A stretch of 64,000 nt of DNA from NCBI GenBank assembly GCA_965223545.1, contig OZ245006.1, forward strand, positions 544,001 to 608,000, read 5' to 3'. Origin of the DNA: Planctomycetota bacterium (GTDB lineage Bacteria; Planctomycetota; UBA1135; UBA2386). A model generated the notes under the pieces. That model was given only the letters and a program-made list of their open reading frames with translations. It had not been told where the DNA came from and did no database searches. This document shows, piece by piece, positions 53,677 to 63,807 of this stretch. The first letter of the stretch is position 1. The number at the start of each line of letters is the position of its first letter. Made by a program: the position numbers and the translations under genes.

Positions 53677-56295
53677 TCACGGACGGATCCGCAGCCGTCC
53701 CCCGTTGCTGCTGACCACGCCGCGCGGGTTGACCGCATCGAGGTGGAAGTTCTGCAGATAAACCGTGGCGTCGGCCAACGCCGGCGGCAACGGTAGGACG
53801 TAGCCGGCACCGACTCCCGGCAGCGCGAGGTCGATGCCGGCGAGGAGATCGCAGCCGGTGAAGCCCGCCGCGGTCAACCCGAGCGGCAGAGCAACACCGC
53901 GCCACTGCCGGTTGGAGCTTCCCAACGCCAACGCGGTGGGTGTGCCGGGCGCGACACCTCGCACGCCGATCGAGAACGGTAGGCCGGGCTGCGGCACGCC
54001 ACTCCATGCCAATCGCGCGCGCCCCGCCGAACCGGCGCACGCCGTCCCGTAGCTCGAGAACGAGCTGAAATCCGACACCGGGCCCATGGCGTGGACGTAG
54101 CCGCCACAAGAGATCCCCCGGGCGCGGGCCGCAATCGCCACGCGCCGCGGCCCGGCCGCCGCGGAGGCGACGAAGCCCACCAGCTTGCCGATCTCGTTGG
54201 AACTCCAACCGGGGAACACGTCGAGCTCGCTGCCGTCGCGGGCGATCACGATCGCGCTCGCGTTCCAAGACGATGTACCGATGACGACGTCCTCTTGGCC
54301 ATCTCCGTCGTAATCTCCCGTGGCGATGGCGTCACCCAACGCTCGGACGGGGCGAGCTGGGTTCAAAGGGCCCAGCGGGGCGCCCGTCGCGCCCGAGAAC
54401 CTCAGCACGCTGCCGCCCGCCGCGAGGTTGGGCTCCGGTGCGCCCGCCAGGAGATCGTCGACCCCGTCGCCATCGAGGTCGGCGACGCGGGCGAGGGCAG
54501 CGCCGAGCGCCATCCCGTTGCGCGTCTCGTGGAAGTCGTACAGAAGCGCCCCGGTGCGGCCGGACCGCACCTCGAAGCGACTCGCCGTATTCCACTGACC
54601 CGGAGCGCCAATGGCGAAGTCCGCCGCGCCATCACGATCCAGATCGTCCAGCACCGCGAGCGCAGCCCCGTACTCGTCATCCGCGACGGTGCTCTTCAAC
54701 TCCAACAGCACCGCGCCATCGGTCCCGGACCGAATCTCGACGGTGCGCTCGTGCGGGGGCCATGCAAAGCGCGGAGTACCGACCAAGACGTCCGGAGTCC
54801 CGTCCGCGTTGTAGTCGATGCCGCTCGCCAAACTCAGCGCCCAGCTGTGGTCGGGGTTGCTTTGCCGCCAGAGCACCGCGTGATCGCTGCCGCGCCGCAA
54901 GACCAGCTCGTTGGCCGCCCCATCGATCTGCTTGCAGACGAACTCCGCTCGCCCATCCCCATCAAGGTCATCCAACGGGGCAAACCCGGTGATGCCCTGC
55001 ACGGTCGAAGAGGTCGTCCACTCGTGGATGACGGTGCCGTCGACACCGCTGAGGACTCTCCAGCGATGATCCGTGGAAGCCGCGAGGAACGGTGACTCCA
55101 GCACGACGCTTCCGATGTCGGCGGTGCCATCGCCATCGACGTCGCCGACGATGCCGGCGGCCTCCAGCGCCGGCCCGACCCTCGGGTCTCCCTCGAGCGG
55201 CAGGTGCCACGACTCGCGTTGCGTGGCTCCCGACCAAAACACGTAGCTCAGCCCGAACGCGCCAACCAAGTCGCAGAAGCCATCGTCATCGACATCACCG
55301 ATCATCTGCGGGGTGCTGCCAGGAGCAACGCGCAGCAGGAACCGAGCGTCGCGACCCGAAAACACGACGCCGTAGCTCGCGAAATCCAACGCGCCGTCCG
55401 CATCGACATCACCGCCGCTCGAGATCGGGCCGCCGAAGAACGTCGCGCAAGAGCCACCCGCGACGACGCCGGAATACGTGCCGAGGGTTCGATCGCCAGC
55501 GACGTCGTAGACCTCGACGAAGCCTCCGGAGCCCAGGGCTCCCGAGACCGACAACGCGAGATCGTCCCGACCGTCGCCGTTCACATCGCCGATCGCCGCC
55601 GCGTGCATCGTCGTCGTCGGCGCGCGGTGAATGCTGCGCAGAACGGCGCCGGTGGCCCCGTTGCGCACTTCGACCCAATCGCCGGTCGTGCCACCGCCGT
55701 CCGAGACACGCAGAAAGAAATCGCCCCGCCCATCACCATCGACATCCCCGGCCGGCGCGACGCCGAGCAACACCCCCGCAGTGCTCGGTTGCACCGCCGA
55801 TCGCAACAAGACTCCGGTCCGCCCCGAGTAGATCTCCGTGGTGTCTGGCCGCGTACGCCGCAGGATGGCGACGTCGTCGTGCCCGTCGCCGTCCACATCC
55901 CCGATGCCGGCGAGGTGCTCCGCGCCGCCGGGCCACGTGTGCAGCAACGCACCCGTAGCTCCGGAATGGGCGAACGCGTTGCCGCTCGCAGAGCGGTCGC
56001 TGACGGCGAAATCAGTGCGCCCATCCCGGTCGAGGTCACCGGCGACCGCCATGTCCAAGATTCCGCCCGGAATCGTCACTTTGGCGATCAGACCGCCATC
56101 GCGGCCCGACAACATGCGGACGTCGTTTTCGTAGTGACGCGTGGCGAACAGATCCGGGATCCCGTCCAGGTCGAGGTCGCCCGCTGGCTCGAGGTGGCGC
56201 ACCAACTGCGATTCCGTCGTGCTGAAGAGCACGCGCTGCGCACTCACGCCCGACACCACGACGGCAAGAGAAACGGCGAGCTGCGCGGCTGTCAT
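53677..56295 (-). CDS. Secreted integrin-alpha-like FG-GAP repeat protein
   Basis: Repeats of GD(V/L)DGDG..D....GAP...V...SG.(D/T)G. ATG 56295 with GGAGGAG upstream. Signal peptide and C-terminal beta-rich domain. Confidence 0.88.
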   Translation of the reverse strand: MTAAQLAVSLAVVVSGVSAQRVLFSTTESQLVRHLEPAGDLDLDGIPDLFATRHYENDVRMLSGRDGGLIAKVTIPGGILDMAVAGDLDRDGRTDFAVSDRSASGNAFAHSGATGALLHTWPGGAEHLAGIGDVDGDGHDDVAILRRTRPDTTEIYSGRTGVLLRSAVQPSTAGVLLGVAPAGDVDGDGRGDFFLRVSDGGGTTGDWVEVRNGATGAVLRSIHRAPTTTMHAAAIGDVNGDGRDDLALSVSGALGSGGFVEVYDVAGDRTLGTYSGVVAGGSCATFFGGPISSGGDVDADGALDFASYGVVFSGRDARFLLRVAPGSTPQMIGDVDDDGFCDLVGAFGLSYVFWSGATQRESWHLPLEGDPRVGPALEAAGIVGDVDGDGTADIGSVVLESPFLAASTDHRWRVLSGVDGTVIHEWTTSSTVQGITGFAPLDDLDGDGRAEFVCKQIDGAANELVLRRGSDHAVLWRQSNPDHSWALSLASGIDYNADGTPDVLVGTPRFAWPPHERTVEIRSGTDGAVLLELKSTVADDEYGAALAVLDDLDRDGAADFAIGAPGQWNTASRFEVRSGRTGALLYDFHETRNGMALGAALARVADLDGDGVDDLLAGAPEPNLAAGGSVLRFSGATGAPLGPLNPARPVRALGDAIATGDYDGDGQEDVVIGTSSWNASAIVIARDGSELDVFPGWSSNEIGKLVGFVASAAAGPRRVAIAARARGISCGGYVHAMGPVSDFSSFSSYGTACAGSAGRARLAWSGVPQPGLPFSIGVRGVAPGTPTALALGSSNRQWRGVALPLGLTAAGFTGCDLLAGIDLALPGVGAGYVLPLPPALADATVYLQNFHLDAVNPRGVVSSNGGRLRIRP

Positions 56296-56437
56296 CGTCG
56301 ACTCCTCCATGGCGGTCGTGTCATCATAGCGACGCGAGGGAGACCCGCGCACGACTCCCCGCCGATCGCGTTACTCCCCTGCCAACGCGCGGTAGTCCAG
56401 GTGATCGCACGGTCCACATCGCCCAGGAGCCCTCTCG

Positions 56438-58162
56438 ATGTGTATCCCCCAGAGTCCATCGTTGCTCTCGCTCGGCGCTTCCCTCGTCGTGGCCGGCGTC
56501 GCGCTGGCACAGGAGCGCCCAACCGAGGCCCAACGCCGCACGACAGCGGTCCTCGAACGTGCGTTCGCCGCGACGCATGCACCGGTCAGCGCCATCGTCG
56601 CGATGCGCGGACAGCCGGTCGCCACCTGGTCGCAGGGCACGGACGCCACTGGCAGGGAGGTGGCTGGGGACAGCCTGTTCGCCGCGGGCGCGGTCACCGA
56701 GACGATCACCGCAATCGCCCTGCTGCGGCTCTTGCAGGAGGGGAAGATCAGCCTCGATCGCTCGATCGAGCACTACCTTCACGACGTGCCCCGCAGCGCG
56801 CAGCGGATCACCGTGCGCCACCTGCTCCTGCACAGTACGGGACTACCGGCGGCGTTCGACCTGGATTCTCGCGGCGACGACGACCTCGATGCGTTCACGG
56901 CCGCGGCTCTGCGCCTGGCCCCGGGGGTGCGGCCCGGCGGTTTCGTCCAGTATAGCCAACTCGATTTCGCCCTCGCCGCCGCGCTTGCCGAGCGCGTCAT
57001 CGGCGAGCCGCTGGCGCCGCACTGTGAGCGCACGATCTTCAAACCGGCCGGCATCGATGGCATGGGGTTCGCGAGCGGGGACCTCGACCGCCGGCGTTTC
57101 GTGCGGGCGGATGGCCACCAACCGATCCTCGCCGCGGAACAAGGTCGGTCGGCTCGCGGCGCCGTCGATCTGGTCGCGAGCACGAACGGCCTGCTCCAAC
57201 TCTACCGCGCGCTGCGCGAAAGGCTCCTCCTCGACGACCGCAATCACGAGCGCCTGTTGGAGGTGCAGACCGACGACCGCACGTTCGCCGGCTACGCCGA
57301 GCTCGATGCGAACGGTCGTTTCGTCCGTCTCCGCGCCCAGGGGAGCATCGGCGCGTTCCGAGCGTGCTGGTCTTGGGATCCCACCGCCGATCGCTGCGTC
57401 GCTCTGCTCGCCGCCAGCGGCGATGCCGTGGATCTCGTCCACGTCGAGCGCGCGTTGATCCAGGAGTTCGACCGACCCGACGGCGGCGACACCCTCACTG
57501 CCGATGCCGCGCTGACCGCCAAGTTCGAGCCGTACACGGGGCACTACCGCCTCGACACCGACAACGGCTTGGAGATCGTGGTGCGCGGCGACGAGCTGCT
57601 GCTGTGCTCGATTGGCCAAACCGCGAGCGCCCGCCTGGCGCACGGCCAACCCACCTTGCCGGAGTGGCCGACGTTCTACGCCGAAGTCGAGCAGCGCGCG
57701 CCGGTCCTCTTGCGCCCGATGCTGCAGAAAGACACCGAGAGCTTCGCGCGCAGCTTCTACGACCGCGCCGATCCGGCCAGCGCTGCCAACGGAGTCCGGT
57801 TGGTCGAGACCCTGGAACAAGAGCTCGGTGCCGTGGGGCAACATACGCTGGTCGGCACGAGCGGCGCGAACGGGCTGCAGTCGTGGTTTCGCGTCGAGTT
57901 CGGCGAGACGCGCGTGTCGCTGCGGATCACGTGGCACGGCGAACGCTTCGCCAGCATCGTGCGCGATCCGGAGCCGCTCCCGTTCCGCGTACCGCTGACC
58001 GCGGCGGGCAAGCACCGCTTCAAGGCGCGCAGCCTCGACGGCAACGCCGATCTCGAGGTTCGGTTCCAGGGAGTCGGCCGCAACAAGCCGGCGCGCGGCC
58101 TCGTGCTGTACGACGCGTCGAAGTCGGGCCGGCGAGGCCTCCGCGCGCGTCGCAAGCCCTGA
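56438..58162 (+). CDS. Beta-lactamase-fold protein lacking the SxxK motif, with a C-terminal extension
   Basis: The fold signature is present (EGKISLD..I..YL, ITVRHLLLHSTGL, PG....YS), but the SxxK position reads GAVTE. Confidence 0.8.
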   Translation: MCIPQSPSLLSLGASLVVAGVALAQERPTEAQRRTTAVLERAFAATHAPVSAIVAMRGQPVATWSQGTDATGREVAGDSLFAAGAVTETITAIALLRLLQEGKISLDRSIEHYLHDVPRSAQRITVRHLLLHSTGLPAAFDLDSRGDDDLDAFTAAALRLAPGVRPGGFVQYSQLDFALAAALAERVIGEPLAPHCERTIFKPAGIDGMGFASGDLDRRRFVRADGHQPILAAEQGRSARGAVDLVASTNGLLQLYRALRERLLLDDRNHERLLEVQTDDRTFAGYAELDANGRFVRLRAQGSIGAFRACWSWDPTADRCVALLAASGDAVDLVHVERALIQEFDRPDGGDTLTADAALTAKFEPYTGHYRLDTDNGLEIVVRGDELLLCSIGQTASARLAHGQPTLPEWPTFYAEVEQRAPVLLRPMLQKDTESFARSFYDRADPASAANGVRLVETLEQELGAVGQHTLVGTSGANGLQSWFRVEFGETRVSLRITWHGERFASIVRDPEPLPFRVPLTAAGKHRFKARSLDGNADLEVRFQGVGRNKPARGLVLYDASKSGRRGLRARRKP

Positions 58163-58186
58163 GGTCGAAGCCCGCGGCAGAGTCGC

Positions 58187-59137
58187 TCACACGACGCTGC
58201 GGAACAAGTTCAACGCGCGTCGCAGGTGCGGCCGGCCCCTCCCCTTGGCGGCGAAGAATCGCTCCAGGGCCGCCTGGGTCTCGAAGTAGTCGCTCAGCTG
58301 CCCGGCCGCGGCCGTCAACACCGCGAACAAGCAGCCCTTGGCCATCAGAGCCACGCCGAGCAAGACGACGGTGACGCTGGCGGCATCCGGCCCGAGCAAG
58401 CTCGCCCACAGCGGTTGGATCGCGGCAAACACGAACAACGGTGCCAGCGCGTAGCGCGGAATGGACATCAGGTGGCTACCCAGGCGAGCGACGAAGAACA
58501 TCGTCGACACCGAGACCATGACGGCCCCCACGACGATCCACTCCGGTCCCACCGGCAGCCAACCGGCCGCCACGGCGACGACCCACAGCGTCACCGGCGC
58601 GTAGATCCAAAGGCAACGCGCTGCGGTCGCGCGGCCAGCACCGACCGTGGGTCGGTCGAGGACCACGAACAACCAGTGCAGGCAGAGTCCACTGAGGAGA
58701 TTGAGCACCTCGGACACCGCCCGGGGCCAACCGCGGTCAGCGTCGAGCTCGAGCCACGGCGCCGCGATCAGCCACGCGTACAACAGCAGCCACGCCAGCC
58801 ACAGCGCCAGAGTGCCACGGCGAAACTGTCGCCATGCTCTTGCCGCATCGCTGTCCGTGATCGACTCGACGAATGGCCGGCGGAGCTGACCGGCGAGGAT
58901 CCCCGCCAGCAGAGCGAGGTGCAGCGCGCACAGCACTCCCGGCCCCCACGTCAGGCCGGCAATGATCACCGCGATCAACGCCGCGCCGAAGCAGAGTGCG
59001 AACCGACGCGGCTCGAGGATGCCGGACGGCCGCGGCGGCGCCGCGCTCTCCTTGGACGCGGCCTCACCGATGCTCTCCAGCAGCGCGTCCCACTCGCGCT
59101 CGGCGGGATCGCTGGGCAGCCACGGCCCGTCATGCAT
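58187..59137 (-). CDS. Multi-pass membrane protein, candidate anti-sigma factor or sensor
   Basis: Short acidic N-terminal helix followed by about 8 hydrophobic segments. Start overlaps the upstream sigma-like gene. Confidence 0.7.
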   Translation of the reverse strand: MHDGPWLPSDPAEREWDALLESIGEAASKESAAPPRPSGILEPRRFALCFGAALIAVIIAGLTWGPGVLCALHLALLAGILAGQLRRPFVESITDSDAARAWRQFRRGTLALWLAWLLLYAWLIAAPWLELDADRGWPRAVSEVLNLLSGLCLHWLFVVLDRPTVGAGRATAARCLWIYAPVTLWVVAVAAGWLPVGPEWIVVGAVMVSVSTMFFVARLGSHLMSIPRYALAPLFVFAAIQPLWASLLGPDAASVTVVLLGVALMAKGCLFAVLTAAAGQLSDYFETQAALERFFAAKGRGRPHLRRALNLFRSVV

Positions 59138-59747
59138 CGTCGAACAGCCTCCGCCGGATGTGCTCCATCCGCTTGCGCGCCAACGACCGCTGGTTCAACA
59201 CCGTTTGCACCGCCACACCCAAGCGACGCGCCAGCGACTCCGCCGGCGCCGGACGGCCAGTGCCGTCCAACGCGGCTTCGAGATCCGCCTCCAGTACGGC
59301 GCACTGCAGCGGCGTCAGCTGCCGCCGCCGCACCGCGAGCCGCAGCTCCAAGCGCACGCGGTCGACGAGGTCCCGCGCTTCGAGCGGGTCGCGCGGCCGT
59401 GCCGACCGCGGCTCGACCAGCCGGAGACGGTGCGCGCTCTGCGCCGACGCACGGCGCTGCTCGCGGGCCTTGAGCACGACGATTCCCTGGACCCAGGCAT
59501 CGAGTGCGCCCCGCCGTTGGTCGAAATCACCACCCCGATGCAGTGCGGTCTCGATGGCCTCGTGCACCGCGTCGCGCGCCTGAACTCCGGGGACCGGTCC
59601 GGAGCCGCGCACGCGCCGCGCCACGACGAGCCAGCGATCGAAGCGTTCGTAGAGCAGGCCGCGGGCCAATGCGATCTCGCCGCGCTGCCACAGCGCCGCA
59701 AAGCGGGCGCCGCGCGGGTCGACGGGTTCGGGCATCGGGCTGAGCAT
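59130..59747 (-). CDS. Divergent ECF sigma factor-like protein
   Basis: LLYERF..WL...ARR, ARDAVHEA, FDQRRGALDAWVQGIV, LTPLQ, LARRLGVAVQTVLNQRSLARKRM. Confidence 0.72.
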   Translation of the reverse strand: MLSPMPEPVDPRGARFAALWQRGEIALARGLLYERFDRWLVVARRVRGSGPVPGVQARDAVHEAIETALHRGGDFDQRRGALDAWVQGIVVLKAREQRRASAQSAHRLRLVEPRSARPRDPLEARDLVDRVRLELRLAVRRRQLTPLQCAVLEADLEAALDGTGRPAPAESLARRLGVAVQTVLNQRSLARKRMEHIRRRLFDDA

Positions 59748-59835
59748 CGCGGTCCGCCTCTTTCGTCGGCGGCGGGTCCACCCTACCGCGAAAAACGACC
59801 CGGGGAGCGAGGCGACCCGCCCAACAAGAGGCGGC

Positions 59836-61143
59836 ATGGTTCGAGACGCTCCTCGTGGCCGCGGCTTCGCCACCGAGCGCGGGTTCGTGCTGGCGGCGGT
59901 CGGCAGCGCCGTCGGCCTCGGCAATCTCTGGAAGTTTCCCTACATCACCGGCACGCATGGCGGCGGCGCGTTCGTGCTCGTCTACCTGCTGTGCATCGCC
60001 GTCGTCGGTTGGCCGTTGATGCACGCCGAGCTCATGATCGGTCGGCGCGGCGGCGACCGCGGCGGCGGCGGCGTCATCGATGCGCTGGCTCGGGCGGCCC
60101 AGGGTCGGGCGAAGCCGGTGCGCCGCCTCGCGCTGGGCACCGGTGGCCTCGCCGTGGTGGCGAGCGTGATGATGCTGTCCTTCTACGCCGTGGTCGCGGG
60201 GTGGGCGCTGCACTCCCTGTACCGCGCATTGACCAGTGGCGTCGACCCGAGCCGGGCGGCGCAGGAGTTCGCCAGCATGCGCGCGAACGCGGTGGCCGGC
60301 GCGGCGTGGGCCACGGTCTTCCTCGCCATGACGGTGGCGGTGGTCGTGCTGGGAGTGCAGCGGGGCATCGAGCGCGCCAGCCGAGTCCTCATGGGGGGCC
60401 TGTTGCTGCTGCTGGTCGCGCTGCTGATCTACGTCGGCTGCACCGGCGGCCTGGGCCAAAGCCTGCACTTCTTGTTCGCCCCCGACTTCAGCGCCCTCAG
60501 CGGCGAAGCCGTGCTGGCGGCGCTGTCGCACGCGTTCTTCTCCCTGTCGCTCGGCATTGGCGCGATGATCACCTACGGCAGCTACACGAACAGCGACCGG
60601 CACGTCTTGCGCGACGGCGTCGCGATCGTCGTGCTCGACACAGGCGTCGCCCTCCTCGCTGGGACGGTGATCTTCGCGGCCGTGTTCCGCGCCGGGAGTG
60701 CGGCCGACCACGGTCCGGGCCTGCTGTTCGCGACGATGCCCGCCCTGTTCTCGAGCATGCCGGGCGGCGGCGCCGTCGGCGTCGCGTTCTTCTCCCTGGT
60801 CGTGTGTGCCGCATGGTCGTCGGCCATCGCCCTGCTCGAAGTCCCGGTCGCGTTCCTCAGCCGCGGCGGCCGCTCCCGCGTCCAGGCGACCGCGGTCGCC
60901 GCCACGATCTGCTGGGTCGGGGCAGTGGCCTGCGCCGTGGCCCCCCGGGTGTACGCGGCGATGGAGAGCACCGTCGACCACCTGCTGCCCATCGGCGGTC
61001 TGCTCGTCGCCATCCTCGCCGGACACTTGCTGGACCGCAGCACCCTCGCCCCGCCCCACCCGAGGCTGGCGGTTCTCTGGACCGTGTCGGTCCGCTGGAT
61101 CGCGCCCGCCCTGGTCGCCGGCGTCCTCGCGGCGCAGATTTGA
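59836..61143 (+). CDS. Sodium-dependent transporter, NSS/SNF family
   Basis: GFVLAAVGSAVGLGNLWKFPY, GGGAFVLVY, GIERAS, AFFSLSLG.G.MITYGSY, GPGLLF. Confidence 0.93.
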   Translation: MVRDAPRGRGFATERGFVLAAVGSAVGLGNLWKFPYITGTHGGGAFVLVYLLCIAVVGWPLMHAELMIGRRGGDRGGGGVIDALARAAQGRAKPVRRLALGTGGLAVVASVMMLSFYAVVAGWALHSLYRALTSGVDPSRAAQEFASMRANAVAGAAWATVFLAMTVAVVVLGVQRGIERASRVLMGGLLLLLVALLIYVGCTGGLGQSLHFLFAPDFSALSGEAVLAALSHAFFSLSLGIGAMITYGSYTNSDRHVLRDGVAIVVLDTGVALLAGTVIFAAVFRAGSAADHGPGLLFATMPALFSSMPGGGAVGVAFFSLVVCAAWSSAIALLEVPVAFLSRGGRSRVQATAVAATICWVGAVACAVAPRVYAAMESTVDHLLPIGGLLVAILAGHLLDRSTLAPPHPRLAVLWTVSVRWIAPALVAGVLAAQI

Positions 61144-61218
61144 CGCCAACCACCCGCGGCTCGCTCCTTTCTTGGGATGATCTGCATCCTGAGGGGAGCT
61201 CCCGCGGAAGAAGTCGCG

Positions 61219-63807
61219 ATGACCGTGCCTACCGTCGAACAGGACTTCGCCCGGTGGCGCGCGCGCTGTGATCCACGGGCGCTGGAACGCGTGTTCGACG
61301 CGCTGGCTCCCGAGCTACTCGTCATCGCGCACCATGTCGCCGGTGCGCAGCCCGCCGAGGACCTCGTGCAGGCCACGTTCCTCGCCGCGATCCAGCACGG
61401 CGACCGTTGGGACGCCGCGCGCCCGCTGCTGCCCTGGCTGATCGGCATCCTGGTGCGGCACGCCCTGCGCGAACGCGAGCGGCTGCACCGCCGTCCGGAC
61501 CCGAGGCGGCTGCCGGTGCGCTCGACCCCCGATCCGGCAGAGGTCGCCGAAGCCGAAGAGCTCGCCGCCGCCGTCGACGACGCGCTGCGGCAGCTGCCCA
61601 AGACCTACCGGCAGACCCTCGCCCTCCGGCTGGTGCACGGCCTCACTCCCACCGAGATCGCGCACGCGCTCGGCGAGCCGATCGCCACCGTCAAGAGCCG
61701 GCTGGCGCGCGGCCGAGAGCTGCTCCGCCGCGCCCTACCCGCCGGTGTGCACGCACCCGGCGCGGCGTTCCTCACCGGCATGCCCCTCGAGCAAGTGCGC
61801 GCCGAGATCCTGAACGCGGCGGCCCGACACGCCTCCTTCACCGCGGCGACCACCACCGCCGCGGTTGCTCCATCGATCGGAATCGCCATCATGACGCCCA
61901 AGCTGATGCTGTCCGCCACCGCTGGTCTCGCGCTCACCGGAGCGCTGGCGCTGGCTTGGTGGGTCCCCCACGCGCGCCTTCCCGATCCAGAAACCCCGGC
62001 GCAGAGCCAGACGCCCGCCACAGTGGTTGCGCCGCCGGGCGCACCGGACACGCCTGCGGCGGCGGCGAGCGCCGATCCGCGGGTCGCGCTCGCGCCGGCC
62101 ACGTCGACCGCCGATGACGCGACCGAGGCGGGCGCTTTCTTCCACGGCCGCGTCGTCGACGAGAACGGCCAGGGGATCGCCGGCGTCACCGTGCTGCTGG
62201 GGTTGCCCGGCCGCACCGACGCGCTACGGAGCGAGGCGAATTTCTTGATCGACCGTTCGGTCAACACCGGCGAGATCCGGACTCCGGAGGACGGCGCGAA
62301 GACCGCGACCGCCGCGGACGGCGGCTTTCGCTTTCGACGTCCGGACGATGCGATGCACCGCGCCCTGGTGGCGTGGTCGGCGGAACTCGGCTGTGCTCGG
62401 GTCGAGCTCCCCCCGGAGCACGTCGGCCCGATCGACATCACTCTGGCTCGCGGCGAAGCCCTCGCCGGCACCCTCCGCGACGCCACCACGCAGCAGCCGA
62501 TCGCGGACACGCACGTGTCCTTCTATCCCGAGCGCAGCGGAATGCCGATCGCCTGGCCGCAGACCGATGCCCTCGGGCGCTTTCGGACACCGCCGCTGCC
62601 GGTGCAGGGCTACCGCGCGATCGCCCGCCCGGACGGCTTCGTCGAGGTGGACCAGACCGTACCCGCAGGCCAGCGCGAGCTCCTGCTGGAGGCGGATCCC
62701 TTGCCACGTCTCGACGCGGTGCTCGCCAACGCGAACGGCACGGCGTGGACCGCGGCGCGCATCGCCGACGCACTCGGCGGCGACCGGGCGCTGCGCTTCG
62801 AGCTGACCGCGCGGCCGTACGACCGCTACAGCGCGTTGACGGCCGACCACTTCGACCGGGCTCGGCTCGAGCTCGAGCTCGAGCTCGAGCCCGACACCGG
62901 GTCGTTGCGCGGGGCCGTCATCGACACCGACGCACGGCATCTCTCCGTTTGGGACAGTGGCAAGCGCGTCGGCCAGGCGGTGCTCGACGACTGGCACACG
63001 AAACACATCCTCATCGAGCTCGCGCCTGAGCCAACCGTCAGGCTCGGCGCACGCATTCACCTCGATCCCACTCCACGATCTGCGGTCGAGATCGAGGCCA
63101 CCTTGACCGATGGACTCCGGCGCAGCGTGCCCCTGGCGACCGCGCGCGGCGACGGCCTGCTCCACTTCGACGTGCCGAGCCACCTCTCCGGCCACCGCTG
63201 CGGCCTGCTGATCGAGGCCGATGGCTACGCCGAGCACTTCGCCATGCTCGAGATCCCGACCGCGGCGACCGAAGCGTGGTACACCGCGACGCTCTCGCCC
63301 GCCGAGTGGACCGCGCACGGTCAGGTGCTCGGGCCCGCAGGCGGACCGCCGACGGCGGCGACGGTCACCGTGCTGCGGGCGGACGGCACTCCCCTACTGC
63401 GGCCCGAGCGGGCCACCGTGCTGCCGCGCGACGACGGCCTGTTCCGCTTCGAAGGCCTACCGCGCGCACCCGTCTGGGTCATGGTGCAGGCCGATGGTTG
63501 CGCGGCGCATGGCGTAGAGATTTCCGCCGACACGACGGAACCGGTCACGGTCGAGTTGGCGGCAAGCCGCGAGCTCGAGATCCAGTGCACCGCGAGTTCG
63601 AAGAAGCAGTACCGGATCCTGGATGCACAGGGCCGCCCGCTCCTCGACGACCGCTGGGCTGGCGTCTATCGATTCGGGCACGGTACCCACTTGGACATCG
63701 GCGCGCGTGCCGCGACGGTCGAGGTCTACGACACGGTCAGCGGCGAACTGCTGGGCAGCGGCGCCGTGCCGGCGAACGACGCGCTGGAGATTCGCGCACA
63801 CCAGTGA
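61219..63807 (+). CDS. ECF sigma factor fused via a TM helix to carboxypeptidase-regulatory-like beta-sandwich repeats
   Basis: AEDLVQATFL, LLPWLIGI, LPKTYRQTLALR...EIAHALGEPIATVKSRLARGRELLR. TM AGLALTGALALAWWV. GRVVDENGQGIAGVTV, TDALGRFR, DDGLFRFEGLP. ATG 61219. Confidence 0.88.
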   Translation: MTVPTVEQDFARWRARCDPRALERVFDALAPELLVIAHHVAGAQPAEDLVQATFLAAIQHGDRWDAARPLLPWLIGILVRHALRERERLHRRPDPRRLPVRSTPDPAEVAEAEELAAAVDDALRQLPKTYRQTLALRLVHGLTPTEIAHALGEPIATVKSRLARGRELLRRALPAGVHAPGAAFLTGMPLEQVRAEILNAAARHASFTAATTTAAVAPSIGIAIMTPKLMLSATAGLALTGALALAWWVPHARLPDPETPAQSQTPATVVAPPGAPDTPAAAASADPRVALAPATSTADDATEAGAFFHGRVVDENGQGIAGVTVLLGLPGRTDALRSEANFLIDRSVNTGEIRTPEDGAKTATAADGGFRFRRPDDAMHRALVAWSAELGCARVELPPEHVGPIDITLARGEALAGTLRDATTQQPIADTHVSFYPERSGMPIAWPQTDALGRFRTPPLPVQGYRAIARPDGFVEVDQTVPAGQRELLLEADPLPRLDAVLANANGTAWTAARIADALGGDRALRFELTARPYDRYSALTADHFDRARLELELELEPDTGSLRGAVIDTDARHLSVWDSGKRVGQAVLDDWHTKHILIELAPEPTVRLGARIHLDPTPRSAVEIEATLTDGLRRSVPLATARGDGLLHFDVPSHLSGHRCGLLIEADGYAEHFAMLEIPTAATEAWYTATLSPAEWTAHGQVLGPAGGPPTAATVTVLRADGTPLLRPERATVLPRDDGLFRFEGLPRAPVWVMVQADGCAAHGVEISADTTEPVTVELAASRELEIQCTASSKKQYRILDAQGRPLLDDRWAGVYRFGHGTHLDIGARAATVEVYDTVSGELLGSGAVPANDALEIRAHQ

